The translations under genes were made by a program, and so were the position numbers. Below the pieces are notes generated by a model, which made no database searches, had not been told where the DNA came from, and saw only the letters and a program-made list of their open reading frames with translations. 64,000 nt of DNA, taken from Epiperipatus broadwayi (taxonomy: Eukaryota; Animalia; Onychophora). Positions 22,301 to 37,300 of this stretch are shown one piece after another. Location: contig JAQFVV010000003.1 of NCBI GenBank assembly GCA_028023455.1, forward strand, positions 29,016,001 to 29,080,000, given 5' to 3'. Every line of letters begins with the position of its first letter. Positions within the stretch are counted from its first letter, which is position 1.

Positions 22301-25300
22301 TTTAAAGAGCAACTGTACTTAAGACCACATAAAATATTTAAATAATATCAATATCATTATAGCCATACTTTTTAATATATAATGACATCATCCATGCTCT
22401 CATGAAACATAGCAAAAATTAAATCAGTATGTAAACAAAGCCATTGGAAATTACAATTGTTACCAACAATATCAAATTAAATACATTCAATCACATAATA
22501 TCTAAACTCAATACATGCAGCATTGGCCAATTTTCTTATACAAAATAAATACTCATTAGCAATTGAACATCAGTATACTTTCATAAATAAGAATAAATTA
22601 TTATTTCTCACATTTATACAATATTTTGACTATTTCAATAGAATGTTTAAAAAGATTAATTTAAATACATATTTTATCGCGAATTATAAATTTGAAGAAT
22701 GTTTAGAACTGATAATAAGTTATTAATAATTGTATAAGGAAAAATATTTATCAGAAAGTATTTTTTAAAAAATTCATAAAAGATTTATAAATTGCTTTTA
22801 TTTACTGTGATTTATTTATCAGAAAAGTTGTTTTCTTTTGGCAATTGATTGAAGGAAGTGATAAAAACAATAAACAGAAACAGATGATTTTGTCCATTAT
22901 GGTGATCCATATTTTAATATGCAAACATAAGACAGACCTGTATGAAGTTGAAGAAAATAATAATTTTTGCAGCAGTTGATGGTTTGAAAAGTACTACTAT
23001 TGTTGATGAAAATATGAAAGAATAGATTATCCATTTGAATTTGTGTCTTCATATTTGGGACAGAAAAACTATGCATTTAGAAATTCATTTTATGAACTTA
23101 AAATTTGTTACTTTTCTTTCAAAGCATGGCTATCCAATCTACCCATGTGATCAATCAATATAAAAGAGTTATTCTTGGCAAAATGCCAACAGAACAATGC
23201 ATGATTTCACAGTTCATAATTCAGAGTATTTAATTAAAAAATAATATTAGTTCTTTATAGATTAATATTTTAAATACAACAGAATTGGTTTCAATATAAA
23301 ATAATATTTTTTACAATTACAAAAATACATTAACTTTCTTTTTAATTTATAATTTTATAAAATTAACTTTTTTATAAAGAAAGATTGCATAAAATATTTA
23401 GTTAATAATAATAAATATTTTAAACACACTCAATGACATCATATTTTTAAATTATTAAATAAAATTTCATTTCCACAGATGTATTTAACATATACATCAA
23501 TGATATATATTCCTATAGAATATATCATTTCAATATATATTCTCACCAGTATCTATATTTATATAATAAAATTGATTGCAAAATGTTTCTATAAAAATAT
23601 TCATGTAAATATATAAATCTTTTTTTTTTTTATGTCAAATATTTACTTTTCTTTAATTACTGCTTACATTATGATACTTTTGTGCTTCAACAGTTAGAAG
23701 ACAAGCAACCATGTTATCTATTATTTCGGTTAGATAGTAAAAATAATGCTGGTTATGAATGGATATTAATAAGTTGGTCACCTGATCAATCTCCTGTAAG
23801 CAATTTTAATTATAAATGTATTTTATATAATATTTATATATTTATGTAACTAAAGTTCAGTCTTTATTACTGTGTGAGCTACTTTTTTAATCATGATAAA
23901 CTCTTTATTATATTCTCTACAAAAATTTTATAACATGTACATCTGAAAACAAATATTTGATAACTTTGTTGAATCATAGTTAAATAATAAATAGTTGTTT
24001 TAGAAGTTTATTTACAACATTTGGCAGATGACTAAATAATAACATTATATTTATCTGGTAGAGTGCTATTGTCCTTTTAAACACTTAGATATCTTTATGG
24101 TGAATTTTTTGATACAAATTGTGATATTTATAAAAAATAAATTAATTTTTTTTTTTCCTTAATGCTTTTAATATGTAATGTAATGGAATGTGGGGGAAGT
24201 TAAAAATATATAATCTCTATTCAACTTTTACACTGAAAAACACAATTTATGTACCTGAAATATAACAAACTAGAAGATCAATAAATAAATATTTACAACT
24301 TCCTTTTTATGGACAAACTTTATGAAGGGCTTATTAAGATAGACTGTGCCCAGGTCTCAAATATAGTTACCTTTTTAAATAATAATTATGAGGTATTGTT
24401 TCATTTAAATGACATTAAATGTTCTGAATTAGACTTCTGTGATCAAAATTTTATAATTTTTTATATACCATATTGATTGAAATTAGCTTTGATTTATTTT
24501 CAGAATGTCAAAAATTCATTCTAAATGGCATTACAATCTAAATGTTTTGATGACTAACTTTATTTCATTAAAAAATATATCATTTGCCTAACTCATTTAT
24601 ATGTATAGCGCTAATCTTAATTTCACACATGGATTATGAGTTTAGAAAGATTTGTGAATATTCTAATAAGCCTTTAAGTTACATGTGTGTAGAGAAAGAC
24701 TATATAAGAGATAGAAAATGAATTTGGGCTGATGTAAAAATAGTTTTAGTAAAAATATTCTAAATTACAGGAGCTATGATCAATATCAATCTAAGATTTT
24801 GAGCCTGATGTAATTATTTCACTAGCTATTATAATAAGCTTGCATAGCAAAGATTGCCCTGCATATGGCTAATTAAATAGAAAAAAAAAAAAGAAATATG
24901 AAAAATATATATGAATATAGAATGATTTCTTTTGGCTATAAACTATTTAAAATAATTATTTTTGATCTTAAATAATAATATAAAACCTTTTTACAAGCTT
25001 ATTTAGTTTTAATAGTGTCAGTCAACAGTATACATAGCTAGCTATATTTTAATATGTGTATATATATATTTTTTAAATTGCTGGCTTACAATAAAATAGA
25101 TACAGGAATCCATTTATTTTCAATATGGTAATATTCTGAGTTCTTCTATAACTTTCAGAAAATGTTAAATTTATTCCTTAAATTTTTTTTCTTGATTTTT
25201 CATGATATATTATTATTTTTTCTAGGGAAGTTATTATTCCTTATAAGCATTTTTTCTTGTTATAATCTTCCTCTTCATCCATATCGTATTTCATTTTCAT

Positions 25301-28300
25301 TGATTTTTTTTTCTCATAGATGGGCAATTCTAGCATGCTTCTTTATGCTATACCTGGTGTCATATGATGCTCATTTGCTTGCAAGAAAATTGGTGAAATG
25401 AACAATCCATGAGTGATGTTCTAGCTACACACATTGATTGAAATGATGACAAAAATTTACTGTTAAGGTTATAATAACATTTAAAACTTTCCTTGCAATT
25501 GATTCTACAGTATTTTCTGATCATTATTTTTTTTATTATCAACACTTCTTGATTAATTAAGTCTTTTTGGCATCTCTCTGGAAACTGAACTACAGAAACT
25601 CAAACATATAATTAAAAACTCGATGACAATAACTGATGTAATTGGTGAAACATCCTTTTATACCTGCCTGTCATAATTATATCTCCAAAATAAATATATA
25701 AGTTTTTTTGATTTCATTTTTTGATCTTAAAATAATTTTACATTATTATTTTTTTACATTAATGATAGATTTATATAGGAAAAAGATAAGAAAAGAAACA
25801 TAAAACTATAATGAAAGTTGTTCCTTTTCATTTTACTTTAAAACATTATTATTGAGTGTGCTAAAATGTAAATAATAAATCAATTTTATATATATAGAAA
25901 TATTATTAATAAGTCACTCTTAAAGTGACAATGACTTAATAGTAACATTTATCTCATTAGGAGTCTTTAAAAAACTATCTGCTTTCTGGCTAGCTTTGTG
26001 CATATATCTATAAATTTAACTTGTTGTAGAAGTTGCAAAAGTTGCGTTTAGGCTTTCATTTTTTTAAATCTTATTCAGCAATGATAAAATATCTAATATG
26101 TGTTTAAAGTATGCTTACACATGTGTTAGAGAGAGAATAATTACTGAATGAATTGTAATTTTATTTATTGAAGAATTTTTAAAAAGACAAAAGATTATTA
26201 TTGTTTTTCAATTAAATTTATTAATCTTGGCATAATGCATTCTGTTTTATTTTTAGGTAAGGCAAAAAATGTTATATGCTGCAACTAGATCAACTTTAAA
26301 AAAAGAATTTGGTGGTGGTCAAATTAAAGATGAGTTATTTGGAACTATGTTTGTAAGTAAACTAAATTTGTATATGTTGAAGCTCTAATTCATTTGTTAA
26401 TCTTTTGTTCACTAACTTAGCAGTTGTCTTAATATAATTGTTATCTATTATTTAATAAAACAAATGATTTGAAGTCATTCTAGAAAAGTATTAATTTTTT
26501 GTTGTCATTCTAACATGGGTTACTCATGACCAACACTTTTTTTTTTTTGCACATTTAACATGCATAATGATTTTGTTTTATATTTTTTAAAAATATAGTT
26601 CACAAAATATTAATTTGTGAATGGGATAGCTTACAACGCAAATATTCTGAACAAGATTGGCCTACTTATTGAATCCAGTCCATTTGAAACTTGCATTAAT
26701 AATGGGGAGATTATTTGTTTATTATTAACACTTATATACATGTACAACATATATATATATATATTTATTTATATTCACAGTGAATTTGGGAAGTCACAAT
26801 AAATTATTATTTTATAACAAATCATTTAGTACTACCAATATTTTAGGAAATAATATTGTCCTATATATGCGCTATTTGATTAATAAACTATAATGGATTG
26901 TTTTAAATCCAAATTGAATATAATTTATAGTCAGATGACTTAGGGATAACCTGAGGTCAAATTAGGTAGCCATAACAACTGTGAAAATAAAACTATGATT
27001 TTATTATTCTATTTTTTATTTATTATAAATGAAGTATATTTAATAGGCAGTTAAAAATCTAAGTGTTTCAGGAGATCTCCGCATGGACTGTATAAAAACA
27101 GAAACATTTTAAAAATCATTCTTTTTGTCAATAATATTCCAGCTATAACAGTGTAACAGCAGTTAAATTAAAATTTCAAATGCTAAAATGAAGTTTTGTT
27201 TCTTCTTTTACTTGAATTATAGAAGTTATTAAAATCAAGTATTGTACTTTAAAGTTTGTCAAATTCAGAAGAAAGAAAGTGAGAAGTAAAAGTAAGAATA
27301 ATTTATATATTTTGGTATAATTAAATCATGTTTTGAAGGTTATTGGAATAATTTTAGTATTTTAATTCTTTTCAAAAATAAAAAACGAAAATTAAGTCTG
27401 CTGAAAATAGGAAGCAAAAATGAAATACTCTTTTAATATATATATATGTAAAGTCCTTCTATATTATCTAACCTAATTTATGGTTACAAATAATTATTTA
27501 ATGGTAATTTAAGATGAAGATGGGCTAGAGCAAAACATGCTATTGTGAATCACGTCATCTGCTAACAGTTGCATAAAACCTCTATTTTCTTTCTACTTTA
27601 TTGTAAAACACACAAGAGAATGCCTGCAGTCCAAAGTAAACAGGCATTGGAATATTTAAAGGTGAATCAGCTCAGGATCGAGGTGTTTACCATACACGAC
27701 TAGAGGATACACCATTGTACCTATATATCCTTGCCAAGGAAAATGAATTGTTGAGTCAAACTGCTTTTGGAGAATAACACGCCTAACCATCAACTACTAC
27801 TTCTATCAGGATGATTTTTATGAACTTTGTTCCAACTACAATTTTAATCAAGAAATTAATGTTATAAATTTTTGTTTGATTTTTTTTTTTTTATCTATGT
27901 TGTATTTTCACACTATGAAGCTAGACACCTCATTTTTCAGAATTAGCAAAGAAGAAATGGGAGGATGATTCACTTAGTTTTTTTTTTCTAGTTTATTGTA
28001 AATAAAATCTAGGTCAGCTCACCTGCTTCACATTATTAGGTTATCCATGTAAATAGTAAGGTAAGATTCTCTACATTTATTTTTACAGATTAAATTGCAA
28101 TACTTGATACAGAATGCACCTTATATGTTTTATTTTGTTGATTAACCCTTATATATATTTTTCACTGTGGTTACTAATTAACTAGTGTTAATTACTATAC
28201 CTATCATATATATATAAATTGGGGGACTTAAACTAAATAGATTGCTTTGTGGAAATCAGCCAATGTTTAATTTAGCTTGCCAGCATCATAATCAGTTTAA

Positions 28301-31300
28301 ATTATTAATGCTTATTTTTCTTGGATCGGTCATGAATTGTAATAATGAGTGTCATAAATGGATTTCTACCATGGGATAAAAGGGATGGATCTAGAGAATT
28401 ATTAGCTAACAGAATGGCAGAAGTTCACATGTGACACATGTATATAATATTTTTTTTATCATTACTATTGTTATTATACTTTTTGTTAATGTTATTTATC
28501 ATTGTTAATAAATGTTTAAGAGTTTATATTATTTCAGTCTCTGGTTTATTGAGTTGTCCTGACAGTCCACAGTTAACAAACAATTATGCATGCACTCACA
28601 TCTATTTTCTTGTCATTTAAAAGTTGTATAGTAAAACAAATATAATAAATGCTAGTTGTAACCTATACAGAGGCGCAGAAGTTGCTTTGTGTATCTGTTC
28701 ATACCTGTTAAGGGAATCAAAAGCAATATTTTCTTTGGGCTCGAATATTAGGGCATAACGGAATCGGAAAGGGGTGAAAAGTGGATGAACTAACTTAAAT
28801 TGCATTTGATATTATTAAATAGGTATAGAGCTAGTCAATTAAAAGTGCGTGCAACCATTGGTTAAGCATTTCATTAGGTTTTCATTAGCATCCTCCTGAA
28901 GACCCAAAGTCCGAGCGTAGTTAGATGCGATTTTTCCCCCTTCCAAGTCTGGGCAATAAATTCCAAGTCTGGGCAATAAATTAAGGCACATTGAGCCATA
29001 GTCTCCAGATTGCTACATCTGCAGAGTATCATAGTCCACAGGTTATTTTTATTGTCTGTTACATCTGGTGTGTGGGCAGGATCGAATCCAGGCGTATTTT
29101 ACCATCTGTTACAATAGATTTATTGTACAAGTTAAGAAGGAAGAAGAAAAGTGATTAGTTGTAGGTTATGGAAGATAGAAAAATTAGAGGTGCTGAAAAA
29201 TAGTAGAAAACATTTGTCGAACAAGTTTATAAATTGTCAAATGGAAGTTTTTAACATTAAAAATCAGCATAATTAAAGAAGATATTTTTTAAAAATAATG
29301 AAACTGCTTTAGAAGCAGGTATTTATTCTATTAACTTCTAATCCAGAATGACCTACAAGATATTGTAAATTAATGTATATGTTGAAAGTAAATTGGTAAG
29401 TGTCGTATGATACTTTGTCAGATAATGAATTTATAAACTAATTTGATGGGGAATTATTTTGAGTGAATAGGTGAAAGAACATAAAGAATTAGTTAGGTTA
29501 AATGAAATGATCAGGTAAGCATATTTAATAAATAGAACAAAAGATATTTATCTTAGCCTGTGGTATATTTGGAACATACTCGTTTTCAAATAATTGATGC
29601 GGATGAGGAAATGAGTAAATTTTTTCCAAAATAAATGTTAATAGATTTTTTTTCTTCAAAGATGATTTGGGTTTCTTATTGCATGTTATTTTTAAACTTA
29701 ATCAGTATTAAGTAATGATGTCCTCTTTATGTGTATCAATGTGGTAGATTGTTTGTGTTTGAATTGTGTATTTTTTATTGATTTTAAAATATTTTAACTG
29801 TTTTTAAACAAATGCTTTTAATCAAACACATCTGGAGAAACCTGTATATCACTACTTACTTCTTGAGATCTTACTTTGATTAATCAAACTATATAAATTA
29901 ATGATGATGGTTGGTTCTAAAAAAATGTAATACGAAGAAAGATTGTGATATTACTGAGGATTAAGTAATTGATATATGATGAATATATAGTGTGTTCATC
30001 TTCATCCTTGCTGGTTTTCCCTATTTTATTTTATAGTAGCTGCCTAATGGAAAGAAAGATATCATTCCATTTCCATTCATTACATAATGGTACACCATTG
30101 TGTGGCACACTTCATCATATCTGCATTTATTACAATATATATATAGAAACTATAAGGTTTATATGAAAGTGTGAAAGTATTTAAAATAAAAAAAAATTAA
30201 AAGCCAAAGCTTTATTATTATTGTTATTGTTTAAAAAAATCATTTAAAGTACAGTTAATAGAGAATAGTCATTCATATTGGCTATGGGTCAATAAGTTTG
30301 TGCATATTACAATAAATAAATAATTATATATTAAAAAGTATACACATTAATATTAAAATATTGTATATAAAATTAATATTTTTATTAGTATCTAGAATAA
30401 ATAATAAAAGAATATATTTGTTATTCTAGATTATTTATTTATTATTACAATTTATAAAAAAAAATTTTTTTCTTTGTATTATTTTTATTTATATAAATTA
30501 ATGTATTTATAAGAATGCAAAACATAAGGGTGAAAACTAATAAAATTTAGGGAAATTATCACCGGCTTAGTAAAAAAGTATGGTTTTGGATAAAAATATT
30601 GTAAGAAGAATACATTGAACTGAATAACACATATTTTTAAAACTCCTGTTTTTAAAACTGAAATCAAAAATATTTGCTAAATTCAGAAGTTAGATGGAGG
30701 GATTTATCCCCTCATCTTCTATAACATTTCCCAGGAGATTGGATGAAGGGATTAATGTGAAATAATGGAATTAAACACCACAACTCTCTCTTAAAAATTA
30801 AAAATCTAACATGGATTAAATATTGTGTAATATAAATTTCTCACTTCAAAATTAATGGATATCATAATTTAGAATAATTTTGATCAATAAGGAAGCAAAA
30901 GGATAAAAAAATATTGTTCAAAAACAAAGTTGGATATTTAAAGCTAATGTTTATTAACAATAAATCCATTCTATTATTATTATATCAACTTCAAGAAATT
31001 ACTGTGGGCCCAAAGAACAAATACGCCAAGAACAATTAACAATTTTTATTCAGTATCGTACATCCAAGGCAAATATAACAATGGTAATATCATTTTTAAT
31101 CTATGAAAAATAATTTCCTGATGTATTCTGTTTCACAAATATGATATCCAACTCAAAAACACAATTTAAATTGTAAATAATAACTATGTCAAATTATTTC
31201 AATTATCATATAAAAATAAATACTAATAAAACTTTTGAAATGCTATTTAATAATAGTCCTTCAATTTGATTGTTAAAAATACATAAAATATTGTTAAAAT

Positions 31301-34300
31301 TGTAAAATTATTATTGAAAGTAGATAAGGAGTGTGTTATTTATTAATTTACTGTATTTGTTATGTTTATTTTCTGTATTAATTATAATTATCATGCTGCA
31401 TATTTGGTATTATAAAATTATTATTGTTATCATTTATCATGGTTTCCTTAATTTCTAAATTTATTTAGTTCTCTATTTTATTTTGGAGTTGATGCAAAAT
31501 CTGTTAAAGATGGATATTGCATTTGGGTTTGTTACATCTATTCATTGCATTCATATCTTGTACATGCACATACTATAGACCATAATGTCACTGTAACTGG
31601 ATTATTAAGTGACATCCATCTGGTTGTACAATTAATACCTAGCTTGCATGGTGTTCATCCTCATTATTATTAAATTATAAATGTTTGCAGGTTAGTATAT
31701 ATAGGCTTCATTTCTGTGCTTTTTATTTATTTATTCTGTTGTAATATATAAAGGCTGTTTATCTCATTGTTTAAATAAATATTTTCATGCACTTAATGGA
31801 ACAAATATCTTTAAACAATGAATATTAATAAATATAAAGAAAACTAAAAAAAAAATAAATGCTTTAATAGTTAGAAAGTTCAATTTACTTGATATTATAT
31901 AAAAAATTTACTTTAAAGATGATAAAGTGGGATTTTGCAGATATAATTGCAATAGTAAATAAATAAATGTACATTGATATAAAAGTAGGTACCATTGCTG
32001 ATGTGGTGTACTCTCTAATTCATTAATTTATTTTATGGGTTTTTCCTGAACCAATTTCTCATGAACTGCAGGATTACCTTTTGTAATCTAACAAGAAGAG
32101 TCTGTATATTTTTGCTGTCTATTCTATATATTTAACCTTCCTTCTGTTTGAAAATTCCATTGTGGGATTTTATATTTATGCAATGTTAGCAAACTGAAAT
32201 TCTCATGCACTCTTAAGGTTTTGAAACCAAATGATATAATTATCCAGTCCAACTATATGGATTTGAAACTAGTTAATATATTTTAATAACTTCAGTTAAA
32301 TACCTTTTTGCAGAAATTTCATTCATCATTTGTAAACAGTTATAAATGTTTAATCTAAGTTGTTAGAAATATTTTGAATTTTCATTAAAATATAATTTTT
32401 AAAGTGTATTATTTTAGTTGTTAGTATAATTTATTTTCATGTTTTTTATATAAAATGATTAAATGTAGTTTCACAATTTTTTGATTAATTTATTAATTAT
32501 TACAAAAGTAACATCTGAAAATGTATTTACATACATATTTCAATTATGATATAATCAAAATCACAATTAATTAAAACTGAAAGCTGAAACCACATAATCT
32601 AGCAAAAGTCAATAGACCTTATCTGAGCCAGTTTAAGCTAAAAGACAAACTCTCTTTTATTTTAATATTCAAGTTATTACTAGAATCAGTAGTCAGACAT
32701 TCATATTAAATATATGTGAAAATTTGAAGTTAATATAACATCAAGTAACTTTAAAAATTAACATCAGTCTCCATGTAGAATAACTAATGTTAATTTCTAA
32801 AACTATTTGATGACATTCTATTCTGGGATGAAATACTTTATTGCTATGAAGTGTTTCTCTACCCATTGATTTGTCTATTTATTTATTCATTTACATGTTT
32901 TTGTGTGATTTGATAAAGCAATTTTGTTTGCTATATATATATATATATTTAAACAAGTTTTAGCATATGTCTTGGATATATTATTTATTTTTAAATGTTT
33001 TATAATTACATACATGTGTGCATATATATATTTTCAGGAAGATATAAGTTTATCCGGCTATCAAAAATATAAACGGTCAGAATTTGCTCCTGCACCTCTT
33101 ACACAAGATGAGCAAGAATTAAAAATGATAAAATCTGTAGAAGTAAGTTATATATATATATTTAATTTTTCTTCAAACTGTGAAATTATATTTATCAGTA
33201 CACTTTTTTTTAGGCAGGTCTTGATACAGGTATTGATAGCAAGCATCAAACCATTCAAGGTATTGTGTTTCCTATTTCTGACGAAGTAATAGAAAAACTT
33301 TTTGACTTCAAAGAAAATAAAGTTAACTATATTCAAATGGTAAGTCTGGCTTATTCCATTTTTTTAAATTGCTTTAGATGCTAAAGATTATAATATTGTG
33401 TTTAATAATTTTACATTTGTATTTTTTTTTAAAAGTACTTTAATTAATATTTAACAATTTAATTAAATAAAGAAGTCAAATAGTTATTGCTGAGAAATTC
33501 ACAAAAAGTTTGATCACTAAAAGTGGATCTTGAACTCCAGATTCATCCATTCTGCCATTGTATTTAACTATACAAACAATTTAATTCATTATTCAATTCT
33601 TCAATATTGATAGAAATGTGTTGTGTATACTTAAAAAATAACTACAATAAAAGCCTGTTTGTTTTAGTACAGTGATGAGAGAAATCGACTAAGGAGCTAA
33701 AGATTCTTGAATTAGTTTGCAATTGAGAACAAGTTTTTTTTAAAAAAAAACAGTCTTTGACTGGAACTGTTTGTTCAGTCTTTTTCTTTGGTGTTCAAAT
33801 CACATATCTCTTGGGTTACTGATCATATGATTATTTTATTATAGTAATAGTAAATACTGTATATGGATTGCTCCAAAAATTTGAACAATTTTTTTATTTT
33901 TTATGTCATGGTTTTGTGAATTTTTTAGACAGCTAAATTAGTAACTAGATTTCCCAATGAGGTAATTTGACACTTGGTAATTTTTTTATTAGGATTATGT
34001 TAAGGCAGTTTAGTTATAAAAGATTGTTCTATGGATGAACCTAAATTTAAAATTGTAAATACAATTTGTGCAATCATTGTGCAACAGTTATAATGAAAAT
34101 TTTCCCAGAAGTTGAAAATTTTTTGACAATTAAATCTTATATTACTCTACTTCAATAATTAAGCTCTCAAATGTTTATATTTATATATATATTAAATTTC
34201 CATTTGTCAGAAGAAATCATAAAAGAAAAAATAGATTAATATATATATATATAATAACCAAATTAGATAAATTGAATTGATTAACATATTGGTTGTTACA

Positions 34301-37300
34301 ATAAAACACATAATGATAAAGATAGCATTAGACAGACCCACAGTAGATTAAGCCCAAAACATCATAGATAATATAAGATTAGCCATCAAAGATGGAATTA
34401 TGATAATGTTAATATAGATAAATGTAAATGTGATTTTAAAAAATTCACACCCAAGAACTTTGTAAATATTCTGTAATAATTAAAATTTAGACTTTAATAA
34501 TGTTTTTAAAATAATAAAATATTATGTATGATATTTTAATAATTTTAAAACTTTATTGAATATCATATTTTGTGAAATTAAAAAATTCATCAGATAAGTT
34601 GTCTGAGAAAGAAATGTTAGAAAGAGAAAAATCAAATAAGCATAGTTTATTGCACAAAAAGAATGTAGATTGAATCAAAAAGCCAGTAACATAGTTATTT
34701 AATGTTGAAGTAATATAAAATTTGAAAACCATGGAAATAATGCTAATGTGTTGAAAGTATGGTTAAAATAATATTAAATTATATATTCTATTAAATTTTT
34801 ATATTATATTTATATATATTTGTGCATGTGTGTGTATAATTAATTCACTTGGAAAAGTGAAGTAGTTCCAAAATGTGTGCATAAAGAGAGGATAGTCTAA
34901 GTTTCTGTGCTGATGGATAGTTGTGATGTGGTAATGTAGGAGTGAGAGATGCCCTAATAAAAACCAAAAAAACTTGAATATATATATATTTGCATATCAT
35001 TTTTAGATGTTTTCTATTGAAAATCATATTGCAAACATCTTTTATCTGGAAAAGTATTTGAATTATTAGACAATGATGTATTTATTAATTTTTAACAATT
35101 AATTCACTACTAAAAAAAAAAGTATCTATTTATTTTATTTTAATATCAACAAAATATTTATTTGTCAGTTGTTTCTTATTTACTACAATGTGAAATCTAA
35201 ACATCTTAAACAAAAATAAAACAATCATTTTTATTGTAAATTGCATATATATTTATGAATAAGTAAATAAAACACCTTTTCTATCCTTTAGCTAAAAATA
35301 ATTACATACCCATTTACTTACTTGTAATGGATGATTAACTGGATTAGCTATGAATTGATTTCCTGAAAGAAAATTTTTTAAACCTGCTGAAAAAATTTTC
35401 AAGTTTGCTCAGCCTGAAGTTTAACCCAGCTTATAGGTTCTTCATGCATACACAAATATTGCTGACTCATTTTCACAAAATGTTTTCATGGACTTTTGCT
35501 GAGTTTTTGTGCCTTCAATCAGGGTACAGCTGCAATTCAATATATTATAATTAATACAATATATATTTAAATTAGCTAATCTTCTATTAAACAGAAACCT
35601 CTTTTAATTTTATGCACTACTATTGTAATAATTATTTAGAAATTCTTGATTCTGTATGATCTGCATAACTTCAAAATAATTTATAGCAATTTCTTATTCT
35701 AAAATTTCATTTAAATGATATAAATTTCATCAATCTTCAGTTCTGTTTATTGATTTTCAGACTTAACATGCTTATTGTTTGGGGTGAAGAAAAAATACAG
35801 TATGTATTTATTTAAACCATTAAGCATCACATGATCACATTTCCTATACTAGCACATTAATTGTTGATAAACAGAGCAAAACTCTCCATACAGTATTGCC
35901 ACCTGTGCTAAACAGAGTAATCAATGGATGCCAGAAGGCTTGTGCATAAAATCCCTATCTAATGCCTACTCATCCAATATCCCCAGACTAGTTTCTGGCT
36001 TGTGGCCTTCGTCAGTGAGGAGCTTTGGATCTGAGAGCACTGCATCTAGATCTTAGGATCTAATGCAACCCTCTAGCAACCACCTTTTATCTCTACTTAA
36101 CTACTAAACTATGAGAATGAAATTGAAAACACAAAAAATATTTTCAATCTAAGCTCAATAGCTTAAATAGTCATATGGGTCTGAACTCAGTTCAGCACCC
36201 ATACATTTTGGTGTCTTTGGCTCTTTTACAACCATAGCCACCACTATCCTATTAGGCAGGATTGGTGTTAAACCATTAAGCATCACATGATCACATTTCC
36301 TATACTAGCACATTAATTGTTGATAAACAGAGCAAAACTCTCCATACAGTATTGTAAAAGAGCCAAAGACACCAAAATGTATGGGTGCTGAACTGAGTTC
36401 AGACCCATATGACTATTTAAGCTATTGAGCTTAGATTGAAAATATTTTTTGTGTTTTCAATTTCATTCTCATAGTTTAGTAGTTAAGTAGAGATAAAAGG
36501 TGGTTGCTAGAGGGTTGCATTAGATCCTAAGATCTAGATGCAGTGCTCTCAGATCCAAAGCTCCTCACTGACGAAGGCCACAAGCCAGAAACTAGTCTGG
36601 GGATATTGGATGAGTAGGCATTAGATAGGGATTTTATGCACAAGCCTTCTGGCATCCATTGATTACTCTGTTTAGCACAGGTGGCAATACTGTATGGAGA
36701 GTTTTGCTCTGTTTATGTATTTATTTATTTAAATTATATAAGTACAGTGCCACTTTATTAAGTTTCAAGTATAATCTTGAAATAGTATAATTTATTTATA
36801 TAAATTCCTTTTAAACAGCATTTTGCTTTTCATTTATCAATTTCTATGTGGCAGATATTACTTGTTTGTCATCAACAGGGTGATGATTAATTCTAAACAA
36901 TAATTTGATATATATAAACAGTGATGCATTGTGCCAGTTGAATCTTTTCTAATTGTTATTTTAAATTTATTTGCGACTTTGATTTAATATTTTTGGTATT
37001 GCAGTCATTTAATTACGGTGCTATCTTATCACACTTCTGTGAAAACTTTAAGGAGTTGAATTCTTTTTAAGATGGCATTATTGTAAATTAAAGTTGTAAA
37101 GATAATTTATATACATGCTTTATATTTTTAGTTATTTTTTATATTTTTATCATTTTAAACTTTATATTTATCATGTTTATGCAGATAGCATCCTTTGTTG
37201 CTTAGCATATTGGTAGAGGATCGATTTAAGAGTATAAAGATTCCTCGATGAAAACTCAAGCTATTATTTTAATGCAAACTCCCAATCAATTGTTTGTTTG

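Larger units (their letters stand above)
35814..36713. mobile_element. Hammerhead-bearing non-autonomous retroelement (family 2): 456-bp unit + ~85-bp repeat of its start + 365-bp inverted copy; 13-bp TSD
   Basis: The unit start 'ttaaaccattaagcatcac' occurs at 35812 and 36268. 36352-36716 is the reverse complement of 35867-36231. TSD TATGTATTTATTT at 35801-35813 and 36714-36726. Confidence 0.88.

Noticed and set aside
33211-33217. Alternative acceptor TAG-GCAG at twinfilin exon 7
   Set aside because: The downstream AG shifts the frame by 4 nt; only the first AG gives the in-frame 126-nt exon.
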